54,661 nucleotides of DNA from Spirochaetaceae bacterium (GCA_031256905.1 JAIRPY010000129.1:1-54661); one strand, 5' to 3'; counted from the first letter of the stretch, positions 26,916-37,255 are shown. Notes: generated by a model not told the origin, from the letters alone. Numbers and translations are program-made.

Positions 26916-28208
26916 TCAAACCCCTCCCGGGGCCCGGAGCCCGGCGCTTTTCCGGTGGGCTGGGAGGCCCTCCGCGAGGGCTATGTGTTCCGCGGCCCGG
27001 ACGCTTTCGGTGAAGCCGGTTCCCGGGGAGCATCGCAGGGCCGTGAGGGTCTTCAGGAAATGCCGAACCGACAGGCCTCCGCTGAACCGGGCGGTCCCGG
27101 AAGTCGGCAGAGTGTGGTTCAGCCCGGCCGAGTAATCCCCTAGCACTTCCCCGGCCAGGGAACCGATAAACAGGGACCCGTAATTCCGAAACCGGGAAAC
27201 CCAGGGCTCGGGATCCGCCACGTGTAATTCCAGATGTTCCGGGGCTAGGATGTCGGCGATGCGGATGCTTTCTTCCATATTAGGGGATACGATAAGAAGC
27301 CCCTCCCCGGCGAGGGAGGCCCGGGCCGTTTCGCCCCCGGCCGGACCGGCTAGGCCTTCTTCCAGATGCCTTAGAACCGCTTCGGCTAGGGCCGGGGATG
27401 AAAGAAGGGCCCGGGGTTTTGCTTCCGGGTCGTGTTCGGCCTGGGCGAGGAGGTCCGCGGCGACCCAATCGGGCTTTCCATCGCTGATTACCAGCACATC
27501 CGTGGGGCCCGCCACGAAATCCAGACCCACCGCGCCGAAAAGCAGTTGCTTCGCGAGGGCTACGTATTTATTACCGGGCCCTACGATGACATCAGCCCGG
27601 GGGATGGATTCAGTACCGAAGGCTAAAGCCCCGATAGCCTGGGCCCCGCCGACAGCAAAGACCCGATGAACCCCGGCCAAGGCCCCGGCCCCGAGAATCC
27701 GCCAGTCCGGGAAGCCGTCTTCCAGGGGCGGCGAAGCCAGCATCACCTCCGGAACCCCCCCGGCCAAGGCCGGAATAACCCCCATCAGGGCCGAAGAAAT
27801 GAGGGGAAACCGGCCCCCGGGAACGTAAACCCCGGCCCGGCTTACCGGGACCACCCGCTGTTCCGCAAGAACCCCCGGGGCAATTTCATAGGTGAAATTT
27901 TCGAACTGTTCTTTCTGCCGGTCCGCGAAGGCCCGGATTCGTTTCGCCGCCAAGGCCAGGGCGCCGGCTAACTCCGGCTCCTGGCCCCTCAGCCGGGCGT
28001 AGGCCTGATCTATTTTTTCCCGGGGGACTTCAAGGCTTTCCGGGGAACTTTTATCGAAATGCCGGGCAAATTTTTTCACTCCCTCGTCGCCTTCGGCCCG
28101 AACCCCGGCAAGAATTTCCTCTACCTGGGCCCGAACCGCCGGATCCTGGGGTTTTTCGGTTTGCCTCCGCCAATATTCGTCAAATTCGGAGGCCTGTAGT
28201 ATCCGCAT
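26916..28208 (-). CDS. hisD: Histidinol dehydrogenase
   Basis: ..GGAQAIGALAFGTES..VDVIVGPGN.YV..AK.., ..QAEHD.., ..APEHLEL.. and ..GDY..G.NH.LPT.G.ARF.. motifs. Confidence 0.9.
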   Translation of the reverse strand: MRILQASEFDEYWRRQTEKPQDPAVRAQVEEILAGVRAEGDEGVKKFARHFDKSSPESLEVPREKIDQAYARLRGQEPELAGALALAAKRIRAFADRQKEQFENFTYEIAPGVLAEQRVVPVSRAGVYVPGGRFPLISSALMGVIPALAGGVPEVMLASPPLEDGFPDWRILGAGALAGVHRVFAVGGAQAIGALAFGTESIPRADVIVGPGNKYVALAKQLLFGAVGLDFVAGPTDVLVISDGKPDWVAADLLAQAEHDPEAKPRALLSSPALAEAVLRHLEEGLAGPAGGETARASLAGEGLLIVSPNMEESIRIADILAPEHLELHVADPEPWVSRFRNYGSLFIGSLAGEVLGDYSAGLNHTLPTSGTARFSGGLSVRHFLKTLTALRCSPGTGFTESVRAAEHIALAEGLPAHRKSAGLRAPGGV

Positions 28209-28289
28209 CTTTTTTTTTCCTTTTTTCTTGGGAGAGCATAGGCTGGAATCGGGGCTTGCGTCTAGTCCGGCCCGGGAAAGGCCGGGGCC

Positions 28290-28318
28290 TTGCCTTTCTT
28301 TTTCCCCCGGGGTATACT
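28290..28318 (+). promoter_or_regulatory. Candidate sigma70-type promoter for terD
   Basis: TTGCCT (28290-28295), a 17-nt spacer, then TATACT (28313-28318). An AGGAG RBS follows 12 nt later. Confidence 0.4.
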
Positions 28319-28341
28319 AGGGCTTTCAGAAGGAGTAAACC

Positions 28342-28920
28342 ATGGCTTTTAATTTGCAAAAAGGCGAGAAAGTGGACCTCACCAAGGGGAATCCCGGGTT
28401 ATCCAAACTGGTAATCGGCCTCGGCTGGGATGTAAACAAGTACGACGGCGGCGAAGCCTTCGATTTAGACGCCGGGGCCTTCCTTTTAACGGGCTCCGGG
28501 AAGGTAATACGCGAAAGCGACTTCGTATTTTATAATAATCTGGTCCATGGAAGCGGCGGCGCGGCCCATTTAGGCGATAACCGCACCGGCGCAGGAGAAG
28601 GGGACGACGAACAGATAAAAATCGATCTGGCCAAGATTCCCGGAGAATACGAAAAAATCGATTTCACCGTGACTATTCACGAAGCCGAGGCCCGGAAACA
28701 AAATTTCGGCCAAGTGAGTAACGCCTTTATCCGGGTGGTAAACGAAATTACCGGCGCGGAACTTATGCGATACGACTTGGGAGAAGATTTTTCGGTAGAA
28801 ACCGCCGTAATTGTCGCGGAACTTTACCGAAACGGCCCCGAATGGAAATTCAACGCCATCGGCAACGGCTTCAAAGGAGGCTTAGCCGCCTTGTGCCGAA
28901 ACTTCGGCATCGCAGTCTAG
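28342..28920 (+). CDS. terD: TerD-family stress protein
   Basis: [15 protein letters not shown]...LGWD....G.AFDLDA.AFLL.. and ..[14 protein letters not shown].. Ca-binding-type motifs. Confidence 0.9.
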   Translation: MAFNLQKGEKVDLTKGNPGLSKLVIGLGWDVNKYDGGEAFDLDAGAFLLTGSGKVIRESDFVFYNNLVHGSGGAAHLGDNRTGAGEGDDEQIKIDLAKIPGEYEKIDFTVTIHEAEARKQNFGQVSNAFIRVVNEITGAELMRYDLGEDFSVETAVIVAELYRNGPEWKFNAIGNGFKGGLAALCRNFGIAV

Positions 28921-29055
28921 GCCCTCTAAAATAATAAGGACCCGAAAATCCGCCAAACCGGACAAAAAACTAAAGCCAAAGCCTAAGAAATAAACCTCAA
29001 CCAGAGCTTTCCCAAGCATAAAGCCCGGTAAGGCATCAAAATCCCAGGCCAAAAC

Positions 29056-29365
29056 TTTCTTCCCCCGGGGTGTAAAACCTTTTCCCCCGAGGGAAATTTC
29101 TTCTCAGCCTTGGGTAAAAATTTCTCCCATGCCTGAAACTTTTTCTCAGCCTTGTGTAAAATCTTCTCAGCCTTGGGAGAAAACTTTTCCCATGTGGATA
29201 AAGTCTTCTCAGCCTTGCGAGAAAACTTCTCCCATGTGGATAAAGTCTTTTCAGCCTTGTGAAATTTCTTCTCAGCCTTGTGAGAAAACTTCTCCCATGC
29301 GGGTAAAATCTTTTCAGCCGTGGGAAAAAACTTTTCAGCCGTGGGAAAAAAATTTTTCCCTGGTT
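29056..29365. repeat. Tandem repeat array B: about 14.5 units of 21 bp, with two interspersed unit types
   Basis: The TCAGCC or TCCCAT landmark recurs at 29083+21n, from 29083 to 29335 without any indel. The units are TTCTCAGCCTTGNGARAAAAC and TTYTCCCATGYGGRTAAARTC. The same period appears as a 7-aa repeat in spurious ORF 29129..29374. Confidence 0.95.
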
Positions 29366-29512
29366 ATAGGATAAAAAGCCGCTTCGGAGCTTCTTAAAGG
29401 GATGCGTCTCGGCCGGGATAATCGGCCGGCCCTTCTTTTAAACAGGCCGAAAAAGGCGGAATCCCCGGGACAGCCTTGTTATAACCCGCAAATTAGGATA
29501 CACTCGAGGGCA

Positions 29513-31273
29513 ATGAAAAAGATTATCGGTATTCCCGTGTCCCCCGGGGTCATTGTTGGAAAAGCGTTTCGGTACATGGAAAACGCAATGAACGAAATTC
29601 TCCATTACGCCATACCCAAGGATCTGCTCGAGGCCGAATGGAAACGATTTCTCCACGCCCAAGCCGAAGCAGTCGAAGAAATCCAGGTCCTCCAGGAACA
29701 GCTCGCCCCGGAACAGTCCCAAAAAGAACAGTTAGATATTCTTAGGGCCCACCGGATGATGCTCGAAGACCCGGATTTTCAAGAGGAGATCAAAACAAAT
29801 TTAGAAGAAAATCTGCAAAACATAGAATGGATTATCCAAGAGGTTTCTATCGGCATGAAGGACCGGCTCAGGGCCTCGGGTAACGCCTTTCTCCAAGAAC
29901 GAGCCGCCGATATTGACGACGTATGCAACCGGCTCCTCTATAAACTCCTCAAAGTCAAACGTTTCCCCCTCAAAAACTTCGATAGTGACGTCATTCTCGT
30001 GTGCCCGGACCTCTTGCCCTCCGACGTATTGACCATGCATAGGGCCCGGATTAAAGGCATCGCCCTGGAAGAAGGAAGCCGCACCTCCCACACGGCAATT
30101 CTCGTGCGGGCCTTCGCAATCCCCACCGTAGCCGGGCTTTCCCAAAATACCCGGGACCTCAAAAACGGGGACCTTCTGGCCCTCAACGGAGACTCCGGGG
30201 AAGTAATCCTAGACCCGGACCCGGCCATCCTCGCCCAATACCAAAGGGCCCAAGAACATTATCACCGGCATTACACCCAATTAAAGTCCCTCCGGGAACT
30301 TCCGGCCGAAACCAAAGACGGCTACCGGGTCGCCCTCAAGGCCAACATCGAAATCCCCGAAGAAGCCGCCCAGCTCGCCCAATACGGCGCAGAAGGCATC
30401 GGCCTGTACCGCTCGGAATTCCTTTTCCTCGCTTCCGGGCAGTTCACCGGCGAAGAAGAACAGTACCAGGCCTACACCCAAGTCCTCCAAAATATGGGAA
30501 ATCTGCCGGTAACCATCCGCACCTTAGACATCGGAGGAGATAAACTCCTCCCGGAGTTAATGGAAAAAAATGAAAAGAACCCCCTCCTCGGCTGGCGGGC
30601 CATCCGCTTTTCCCTTTCCCACCCGGATCTGTTCAAAAAACAGCTCCGGGCCCTCCTCCGGGCCGGGGCCCAGGGCAACCTCCGCATCATGTTCCCCATG
30701 ATCTCCGGAATAGAAGAATTAGAACACGTCGGGGCCCTCTTAGAAGAAGCAAAAACCGAATGCCGCCGGAAAGGTCAGACCTTCACCGAACACCTTCCCA
30801 TCGGAACCATGATCGAAATTCCCTCGGCCGGACTAACCGCAGATATTCTAGCAGAGAAATCCGACTTCTTCTCCATCGGAACCAACGACCTAATCCAATA
30901 CACCTTAGCCGTAGATCGGGGAAACGAAAAAGTCGGCTACCTAGCCCAACCCTTCCACCCCGCAGTGCTCCGGCTCCTCAAACAAATCATCGATACCGCC
31001 CACAGTAAGGGCCTTTCCGCCACATTGTGCGGAGAACTAGCCGGAGATTCCGCCGCAACACCCCTCCTCCTAGGCCTAGGAGTAGACGAATTCAGCATGA
31101 CCGCCCGATCCATCCCCCAAGTAAAACGAGTTATCCGAGAAGCCGACATCACCACCTGCCGAAGCCTAACCCAAGAAGCCCTCCAATGCCGCTCCTACAA
31201 AGACGTCGCCCGCCTCGCCCAGGCCTGGACCGCCGCTCATCTCCCCGAAGGAAAACAGGAAAAAAATGCTTGA
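29513..31273 (+). CDS. ptsI: Phosphoenolpyruvate-protein phosphotransferase (PTS enzyme I)
   Basis: MKKIIGIPVSPGVIVGKAF.., active-site ..GSRTSHTAILVRAF.., and the PEP-utilizer C-terminus ..GTNDLIQYTLAVDR... I prefer the ATG at 29513 to the ORF-track start at 29402. Confidence 0.9.
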   Translation: MKKIIGIPVSPGVIVGKAFRYMENAMNEILHYAIPKDLLEAEWKRFLHAQAEAVEEIQVLQEQLAPEQSQKEQLDILRAHRMMLEDPDFQEEIKTNLEENLQNIEWIIQEVSIGMKDRLRASGNAFLQERAADIDDVCNRLLYKLLKVKRFPLKNFDSDVILVCPDLLPSDVLTMHRARIKGIALEEGSRTSHTAILVRAFAIPTVAGLSQNTRDLKNGDLLALNGDSGEVILDPDPAILAQYQRAQEHYHRHYTQLKSLRELPAETKDGYRVALKANIEIPEEAAQLAQYGAEGIGLYRSEFLFLASGQFTGEEEQYQAYTQVLQNMGNLPVTIRTLDIGGDKLLPELMEKNEKNPLLGWRAIRFSLSHPDLFKKQLRALLRAGAQGNLRIMFPMISGIEELEHVGALLEEAKTECRRKGQTFTEHLPIGTMIEIPSAGLTADILAEKSDFFSIGTNDLIQYTLAVDRGNEKVGYLAQPFHPAVLRLLKQIIDTAHSKGLSATLCGELAGDSAATPLLLGLGVDEFSMTARSIPQVKRVIREADITTCRSLTQEALQCRSYKDVARLAQAWTAAHLPEGKQEKNA

Positions 31274-32603
31274 TTCTTACCGAAACCTGCCTATAGTCGC
31301 CCTAGCCGGCCGCCCCAATGTGGGAAAATCAACCCTCTTTAACCGCCTCGCCCATAAACGACGAGCCATTACCGACCCAACCCCAGGAGTCACCCGAGAC
31401 CCAATAGCCCTGGACGTTTTAATTCAGGGCAGACCAATCCGGCTTATCGATACCGGAGGCTTTAAGCAGGAAAAAAAAGGCCTAAACGAAGCAGTAATAG
31501 CCCGGACCCTGGAAACCCTAGCCCAAGCCCACCTCATCCTTCTGCTCTTCGAAGCCGGAGAAATGACTCCGGAAGACGAGGAATGTATGCATACCCTGCG
31601 GCCCTTTCGGGACCGCACCCTTGCAGTAGTAAACAAAACCGAAGGCGGCCGCCGGGCAGAAGAGGCTTGGAACTTGCTTGCTTGGGGCTTTGAACAGGTG
31701 TACCTGATTTCCGCAGAACATGGAGACCGAATCGGAGAATTAGAAGAAGCGATTATCGCCAAACTGGACTTTTCAAAAGTCGAAAGAAATTCAGCGCCCG
31801 GGCGGATCCGAATCGCCCTTCTGGGAAAGCCCAATACCGGCAAATCAACCTTGTCCAACCGGCTTACATCGTCCTCGGCATCGATTGTCAGCCCCATCCC
31901 CGGAACCACCCGAGACGTGGTTGAAGGAGAATTTTCTTACAAAAATCGGGATTTTAAAATCCTCGATACCGCTGGAATCCGGCGGAAAAGTAAAATCAAT
32001 GAAAATATCGAGTATTATTCGGTAAATCGGGCGATCAAGTCAATGGATGAAGCCGATATTGTGTTTCTCCTGATCGACGCCGAAGAAGGCCTGTCAGATC
32101 AGGACAAAAAAATCGCCGCCCTCGCCCACGATAAGGGCCGAGGTATCGTTTTGGTTCTGAATAAGTGGGATACCCTGCCCCAAAAGCCGAACCCATTCCA
32201 AGCCGCGGCAGACCGGATTCGCTTTCTGTTCGGCAAAATGGAATACGCCCCGATCATTCCGATAAGCGCGAAAACCGGCGCCGGCACAGAGGCCCTACTG
32301 AATACCGCCATCAGACTTTACGCCCAGCTCACCCGGCGTATCGATACCTCCCGGCTCAATCAAGCCATCGAAAAATGGCTCCAAGAGTACCCTCCGCCGG
32401 CAGGACCCCACACCCGGTTCAAGATAAAGTACGGCCTCCAAACTTCAGACAACCCCGTAAAGTTTATCTTGTTTGCCTCCCGGCCCAAAGCCGTATCAGA
32501 GGCCTACTTAGGATATATCAGAAATAAAATGCGAAAAGATTTAGGTTTTTCCCAGATTCCCGTGGAAATCGAAATCCGTCCCTCCCGGAAAGAAAAAATA
32601 TGA
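31266..32603 (+). CDS. der: Ribosome-associated GTPase Der (EngA)
   Basis: Two tandem G domains (GRPNVGKSTLFN and GKPNTGKSTLSN; DTGG / DTAG; NK.D) plus a KH-like C-terminus. Confidence 0.9.
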   Translation: MLDSYRNLPIVALAGRPNVGKSTLFNRLAHKRRAITDPTPGVTRDPIALDVLIQGRPIRLIDTGGFKQEKKGLNEAVIARTLETLAQAHLILLLFEAGEMTPEDEECMHTLRPFRDRTLAVVNKTEGGRRAEEAWNLLAWGFEQVYLISAEHGDRIGELEEAIIAKLDFSKVERNSAPGRIRIALLGKPNTGKSTLSNRLTSSSASIVSPIPGTTRDVVEGEFSYKNRDFKILDTAGIRRKSKINENIEYYSVNRAIKSMDEADIVFLLIDAEEGLSDQDKKIAALAHDKGRGIVLVLNKWDTLPQKPNPFQAAADRIRFLFGKMEYAPIIPISAKTGAGTEALLNTAIRLYAQLTRRIDTSRLNQAIEKWLQEYPPPAGPHTRFKIKYGLQTSDNPVKFILFASRPKAVSEAYLGYIRNKMRKDLGFSQIPVEIEIRPSRKEKI

Positions 32604-32622
32604 CTTCTTTAAGGAGATAAAG

Positions 32623-33744
32623 GTGTTCGCCTCCCTGGATTCCGCAGTTTGCCAAGCCTTAGAAAATCTTCTCGGTATAATCGACCGGGTGTTTCCTTTG
32701 CCCCGGCGGTTTCGGGCGGGACTGCCTCGGGACATTGCTGAACTTTCCGGGCTTCTTACCGGCAACCGGGAAGCCCGAAGCGAGTCCTATCTCGGCAAGC
32801 CCGGGCATTTATCGGCCTATCTTCGGTATTTTCTTCCATGGAATGTATACCGCCTGTGCCGTCTGCTTCCGGGGCTGGACCTTTCGCTTCGATCCGGGGA
32901 TGTGATCTCTGATCTTGGTTGCGGTCCCCTGACCTTCCCGATAGCCCTTTGGATTTCCCGACCCGATTTGCGGGAATTAGCCCTTGAATTCCGCTGTCTC
33001 GATCATACTTATCCGGTTTTGGAAGCTGGGAAAACTCTGTTTTCCGCCCTGATCGCCTCCAATGCCAAGTGGCATATACAATTGATTCGAGGGTCCCTAG
33101 AGACCAGGACGAAAGCACCGAAAGCCGCTCTGATCTCGGCGTCCCAGGTATTTAACGAAGTGTTTTGGGGCCTGCCGCACCGCAAACCGGAACTGCTGGC
33201 GGCTTCCGCGGGTAAATACGCCCGGCTTCTCGCATCCCTTCTGACCGAGAAGGGCGTTATCCTTATTGTTGAACCGGGTATTCCTCGGTCTGGCGAAGGA
33301 ATTGCGGCTTTGCGAGCCGCTCTGCTGGACCAGGGGTACACGCCCCTAATGCCCTGCCCGCATTCCAAGGCCTGTCCTTTCCCCGGCGGTTTTAGAGCGA
33401 AGTGGTGTCATTTCGCTTTTGACACCCAGGATGCCCCCCCAGCTCTGCTGAACCTTTCCGCCGCGGCGGGTATTCCCAAAGAGCGGGCGGTTCTCAGCTT
33501 TTTGCTTGCCCATTCGGGAGAGGCCGGCTCCGGGGGATTGGGACTTCCGGTACGAATCATCTCCGATGCCTTTCCGGTTTCGGGCAGATATGGGCGATAC
33601 GGCTGTTCTCCCCAAGGGGCTGTTCTCGTTACCGGCCCCGCCGCCGAGATGGAGTCCTGGAAATCCGGCGCGCTTTTACGTTATGCCCCTCCTCTTTCCA
33701 GCCGGAGGGATAAAAAAAGCGGCGCCCTTTTATTGCCCCTCTGA
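32623..33744 (+). CDS. SAM-dependent methyltransferase, Rsm22-like
   Basis: Has the SAM motif I ..ISDLGCGPLT.. and a downstream Cys/His cluster (..CPHSKACPF....WCHF..), as in Rsm22-family proteins. GTG start. Confidence 0.55.
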   Translation: MFASLDSAVCQALENLLGIIDRVFPLPRRFRAGLPRDIAELSGLLTGNREARSESYLGKPGHLSAYLRYFLPWNVYRLCRLLPGLDLSLRSGDVISDLGCGPLTFPIALWISRPDLRELALEFRCLDHTYPVLEAGKTLFSALIASNAKWHIQLIRGSLETRTKAPKAALISASQVFNEVFWGLPHRKPELLAASAGKYARLLASLLTEKGVILIVEPGIPRSGEGIAALRAALLDQGYTPLMPCPHSKACPFPGGFRAKWCHFAFDTQDAPPALLNLSAAAGIPKERAVLSFLLAHSGEAGSGGLGLPVRIISDAFPVSGRYGRYGCSPQGAVLVTGPAAEMESWKSGALLRYAPPLSSRRDKKSGALLLPL

Positions 33745-33749
33745 GGGTT

Positions 33750-35147
33750 TTAAAAGCGGTAGCTTAGTTTCAGTTTGACGAAGCTGTTTTTGCGGTACTG
33801 GCCCAGTTCGCCTTGGGAGTTTCCGCCCAAGAAGCCGGCGGAGCCTTCTAAGGCGATATCGTCTTTGGTCCAGATTATGGCCGGGAGGATGAAAAAGTCC
33901 TTATCCTCGAGGCCCCAGAGACCCGTAATTTTGACCTCCAGCTCGTCCCGGAGGAATTTTTTTGAAAGGATGCCGGTAATCCGAGTGCTGGTTGCCGGGG
34001 CTTCCGCTTCGGTATCCGTGACCGGGTTATCGGCAATCTTATCCCAGCGAAGCCGAATCCCCTCTACAGCCTGCACGTTTAGGTTGATTCCCCAGAATAT
34101 ATCCCGATCAAAACCCAAGGACCAGAGAATTTGCGGATTATACACCAGGCCGTCGTCTCCGGCCAGGTCTCCGGTGATATTCGCTCCCAGTTCCGCCCGC
34201 AGGTTAAAACCTGCAACTATCTGTCCGTAGTCCAGTCCGGCGTGGTGGTATCGGTTATAGGCAATTTCCGGAGTTATTCCCCGGGGATTTTGCAGAAACT
34301 CGGCGGGATCAGAGCCGGACACGGTAATTGCGGGTCTGAAAAGATTTCCCCAGAAATATTGGGCCCCGATATCCGCAGATCCGATAGTTGTAGTGAAGCG
34401 CAGGCCCATCTGGGCGTACTCCAGCCCGAGGGTTTTAGGGTAGGAGATCGTCATATTCGCGTAATATTCCAGGATTTCTTTTTTTTCAGCAGAAGAGAGG
34501 GAGGGCATCATCGTCAGACCTTCCGCGACGCCGGTTCGGATGCGTTCGATTTTTGCCTGTACCGGGGTCCATCGTCCGGATTCCGCAAAGCGATGCCCTT
34601 CAAACCCGGGGAGAAATACCGCTTCGAGTTTCGAGAAGGAGCCGAACTGGTAGGTTCCATGAATCATGGGCCGAGAGATTTTGCGGTCCAGCTGGTTTAC
34701 AATATCCGTGAGGTCCCGGTAATCCCGGGGATTTACCACATCCAAGGGGCCGAAACTGTCCGCTTTTCCCCAAGTGAGTTTCCGCAGACCTCCTTCGACG
34801 ATCAATTTCCCGAAATAGGCCCGCAGGTAGGCTTCGTCCAGCTCGACCGGGGAAGCCGAACCGTCAAATACCGGAGCGACCTTGAGATTCAGCGTTCCCT
34901 CGGCGTTGAAGCCCGAAGCTTTAATGTTGAGCTTTCCGGCGAATACATCCCCGAGGCTCGTTTTTTTGAAGGTTGAAAAATCGGTAAAATCCTCGAGGTA
35001 GGCCGTCAACTGGGCGGCCATTTCCCCGGAAATGGCGACTCCGAAAGCGTTCGTTCCGGCCTCCGGTTCGCCGAAGCCGAAATCCTGCCCGAGGACCGGA
35101 AAAAGGATATGAATCCCCAGGGCAACGAAAAATATTCTCCTGGTCAT
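33750..35147 (-). CDS. Putative outer-membrane beta-barrel protein
   Basis: It has a signal peptide, 465 aa of alternating beta-strand-like sequence, and a C-terminal ..KLKLSYRF. It is translationally coupled to the upstream LolA-like gene. Confidence 0.55.
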   Translation of the reverse strand: MTRRIFFVALGIHILFPVLGQDFGFGEPEAGTNAFGVAISGEMAAQLTAYLEDFTDFSTFKKTSLGDVFAGKLNIKASGFNAEGTLNLKVAPVFDGSASPVELDEAYLRAYFGKLIVEGGLRKLTWGKADSFGPLDVVNPRDYRDLTDIVNQLDRKISRPMIHGTYQFGSFSKLEAVFLPGFEGHRFAESGRWTPVQAKIERIRTGVAEGLTMMPSLSSAEKKEILEYYANMTISYPKTLGLEYAQMGLRFTTTIGSADIGAQYFWGNLFRPAITVSGSDPAEFLQNPRGITPEIAYNRYHHAGLDYGQIVAGFNLRAELGANITGDLAGDDGLVYNPQILWSLGFDRDIFWGINLNVQAVEGIRLRWDKIADNPVTDTEAEAPATSTRITGILSKKFLRDELEVKITGLWGLEDKDFFILPAIIWTKDDIALEGSAGFLGGNSQGELGQYRKNSFVKLKLSYRF

Positions 35148-35914
35148 GAAGGTCTTCCGGTTTCAAGAAAGCCGATGGTAAACACGCCTTCCGGAATGGG
35201 GTCGTTATATTTTATAATTTCCGCGTATATTGTGGTGAACGTGCCGGTACTGACCGTGGTCATTCGGGTTACCACCGGGGTTAGGCGGTCCTGCACATCT
35301 TTGAGTTCGAGAATTTCCAACACTTTGACCAGGGCGCCCCGGCGGTCGTAGAGTTCGACTTTGCGGTTTACCAAGGAGCTTTTATCTATCCATTGGATCA
35401 TTTTGGAATATTGGTAGGATGTGTCTTTGGGAACCGATTCGATGACGAAACAGCGGAGGCCCTTTAAGCTGTCTTCCCGGAGGAGGGTGTGGCTGTCGAG
35501 ATTCACATCTCGTTTCATGGAAGAGACATCGTCGTAAGAAAGGTCCGTTCCCATGAAACTGTCCCCGCCGTTGGATCCGGCGATTCTCCGGACTTTGCCT
35601 AAGGAGGGGAGGAAAATCCAACGGTCCGCGGGGTTTCCGGGGTTATCCATGGTGAGGAATCGGGTGCCCGCGACATTCGGGGGATTCTGAAATACGATGA
35701 TGGTCCGGTTTCCTCGGGGACCGCTTTTTTCGTACTGATCCACGAGCCGTTCTGTGGTCCCGCCGCCTTTAGCGGTGATAACCATCCGGGATCTGGTGGA
35801 AATCGTATTGGAAACAATGCGGTTCCGGGACGCTTGTACAAGTTCTCCGGCATTTTGCGCGATAAGTCCCTGGGGGGCTATTATCAGCCCCAAAAGTATC
35901 AGCAATTTCATCAT
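35144..35914 (-). CDS. Outer-membrane lipoprotein-sorting (LolA-like) family protein
   Basis: Signal peptide, then ..RWIFLPSLGKVRRI....GDSFMGTDLSYDD.., typical of the LolA_like family. Confidence 0.65.
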   Translation of the reverse strand: MMKLLILLGLIIAPQGLIAQNAGELVQASRNRIVSNTISTRSRMVITAKGGGTTERLVDQYEKSGPRGNRTIIVFQNPPNVAGTRFLTMDNPGNPADRWIFLPSLGKVRRIAGSNGGDSFMGTDLSYDDVSSMKRDVNLDSHTLLREDSLKGLRCFVIESVPKDTSYQYSKMIQWIDKSSLVNRKVELYDRRGALVKVLEILELKDVQDRLTPVVTRMTTVSTGTFTTIYAEIIKYNDPIPEGVFTIGFLETGRPS

Positions 35915-36002
35915 TTTTTCTAACTCCTACCTATAATATATATCTTTTTTCCCCTAGGGTCACTTTGTAGACGCAAAAGAGCCGGCATGGTATACTATCC
36001 CC

Positions 36003-36458
36003 ATGGGCATTATGGAACGTTTTGTAGACGTACTAAAAAGTTATCTTAACCCTGAAGATGTTGGGAAATCCAACCCCAAGAAAGAAGGATTTATCGATCC
36101 GGATCAGGCGGAAGCCTATAACGAGCTGAACGATTTTTTGGGCGGCGGTTCGAGTAAAGAACGGGATAATTTTGATGAAAGAATCCGAACCAAAAACAGG
36201 CGGAACGAATCGCCTCCCTTTTCCTCTCCCGAAGAAATTCCTAAGGCTGTCAAGCAGGACTTTGCGGAATTGGGTTTGGCCCCGGGAGCTTCTTCGGAAG
36301 AGTGCAAAAGGGCCTATAAGCATCTGCTTAAAATCCATCACCCGGACCGCCACGCCGGGCATCCCGAAAATATGCGGAAAGCCACCGAAAAATCCGCCCG
36401 GATCAACGCCGCCTTCGACCGCATCGAACAATGGCGGCAATCAAAAAATAGAGGTTAA
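36003..36458 (+). CDS. Small protein with a C-terminal J domain
   Basis: ..ECKRAYKHLLKIHHPDRHAG.. carries the HPD motif. The N-terminal half is hydrophilic and low-complexity. Confidence 0.7.
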   Translation: MGIMERFVDVLKSYLNPEDVGKSNPKKEGFIDPDQAEAYNELNDFLGGGSSKERDNFDERIRTKNRRNESPPFSSPEEIPKAVKQDFAELGLAPGASSEECKRAYKHLLKIHHPDRHAGHPENMRKATEKSARINAAFDRIEQWRQSKNRG

Positions 36459-37255
36459 GAAATCCGGGGACTCTCCTGCCGAATCCCCTCGCCGATGTAG
36501 TGAAAAGCCCCAACGGTAAGCATAATCATACCCCCAGGTCCCAAGGCGCACCAGGGAGCGTTAAACAGAAAAGACTGAGCTTCGGCCAGCATCCGCCCCC
36601 AGCTCGGAATCGGCGGCTGAATGCCCAGCCCCAAATAACTCATGGTAGCTTCCGCAAGAATCGCGTTGGAAAGTCCCAACGCCGCCGCCGCAAGCAACGG
36701 AGTTTTTACATTCGGCAGAATATGCAGAAATATAATGCGAATCCGGGAAGCTCCCATAATTTCCGCGGTTTTCACAAAATCAGCCTTCTTATACTGAAGC
36801 ATCCCATTCCGCATAATCCGCATATACGAAGGAATAAACAGCACCACCAGAGCGAGGATAAGAGTAAACGCGCCGTTTTCCATCAGGGATACCATCACCA
36901 GGGCCGCCAAAATCCCCGGAAAAGACGTGACCGCATCCATGAGCCGCATAAGTATCTCGTCCAAGAGGCCGCCGATGTAGCCTGCCGTCAGTCCCAAAGA
37001 CGCCCCGATGCTCAGACTGCCGATAACCGTGAGAACCGAAACCGCTAAAGTATACCTGCTACCGATCAGGACCCGGGAAAAAACATCCCGTCCGAAGTTA
37101 TCCGTTCCCATTACATGGGGAAATCCGGGGGGCAAAAACCGTTTCAACGGGTCCATGTCGTTATACTCGTACGGCGTGTAAAACAAACTCAGCAAGCCCA
37201 GACCTCCAACCAAAACCGCGAGAATCAGCCCTATTTTGAAATCGATTTTTCCCAT
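36455..37255 (-). CDS. ABC transporter permease, DppC/OppC/NikC type (orphan)
   Basis: ..GTDNFGRDVFSRV..G.R.......... and the EAA-loop region ..GASRIRIIFLHILPN... No partner ABC genes are adjacent. Confidence 0.8.
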   Translation of the reverse strand: MGKIDFKIGLILAVLVGGLGLLSLFYTPYEYNDMDPLKRFLPPGFPHVMGTDNFGRDVFSRVLIGSRYTLAVSVLTVIGSLSIGASLGLTAGYIGGLLDEILMRLMDAVTSFPGILAALVMVSLMENGAFTLILALVVLFIPSYMRIMRNGMLQYKKADFVKTAEIMGASRIRIIFLHILPNVKTPLLAAAALGLSNAILAEATMSYLGLGIQPPIPSWGRMLAEAQSFLFNAPWCALGPGGMIMLTVGAFHYIGEGIRQESPRIS

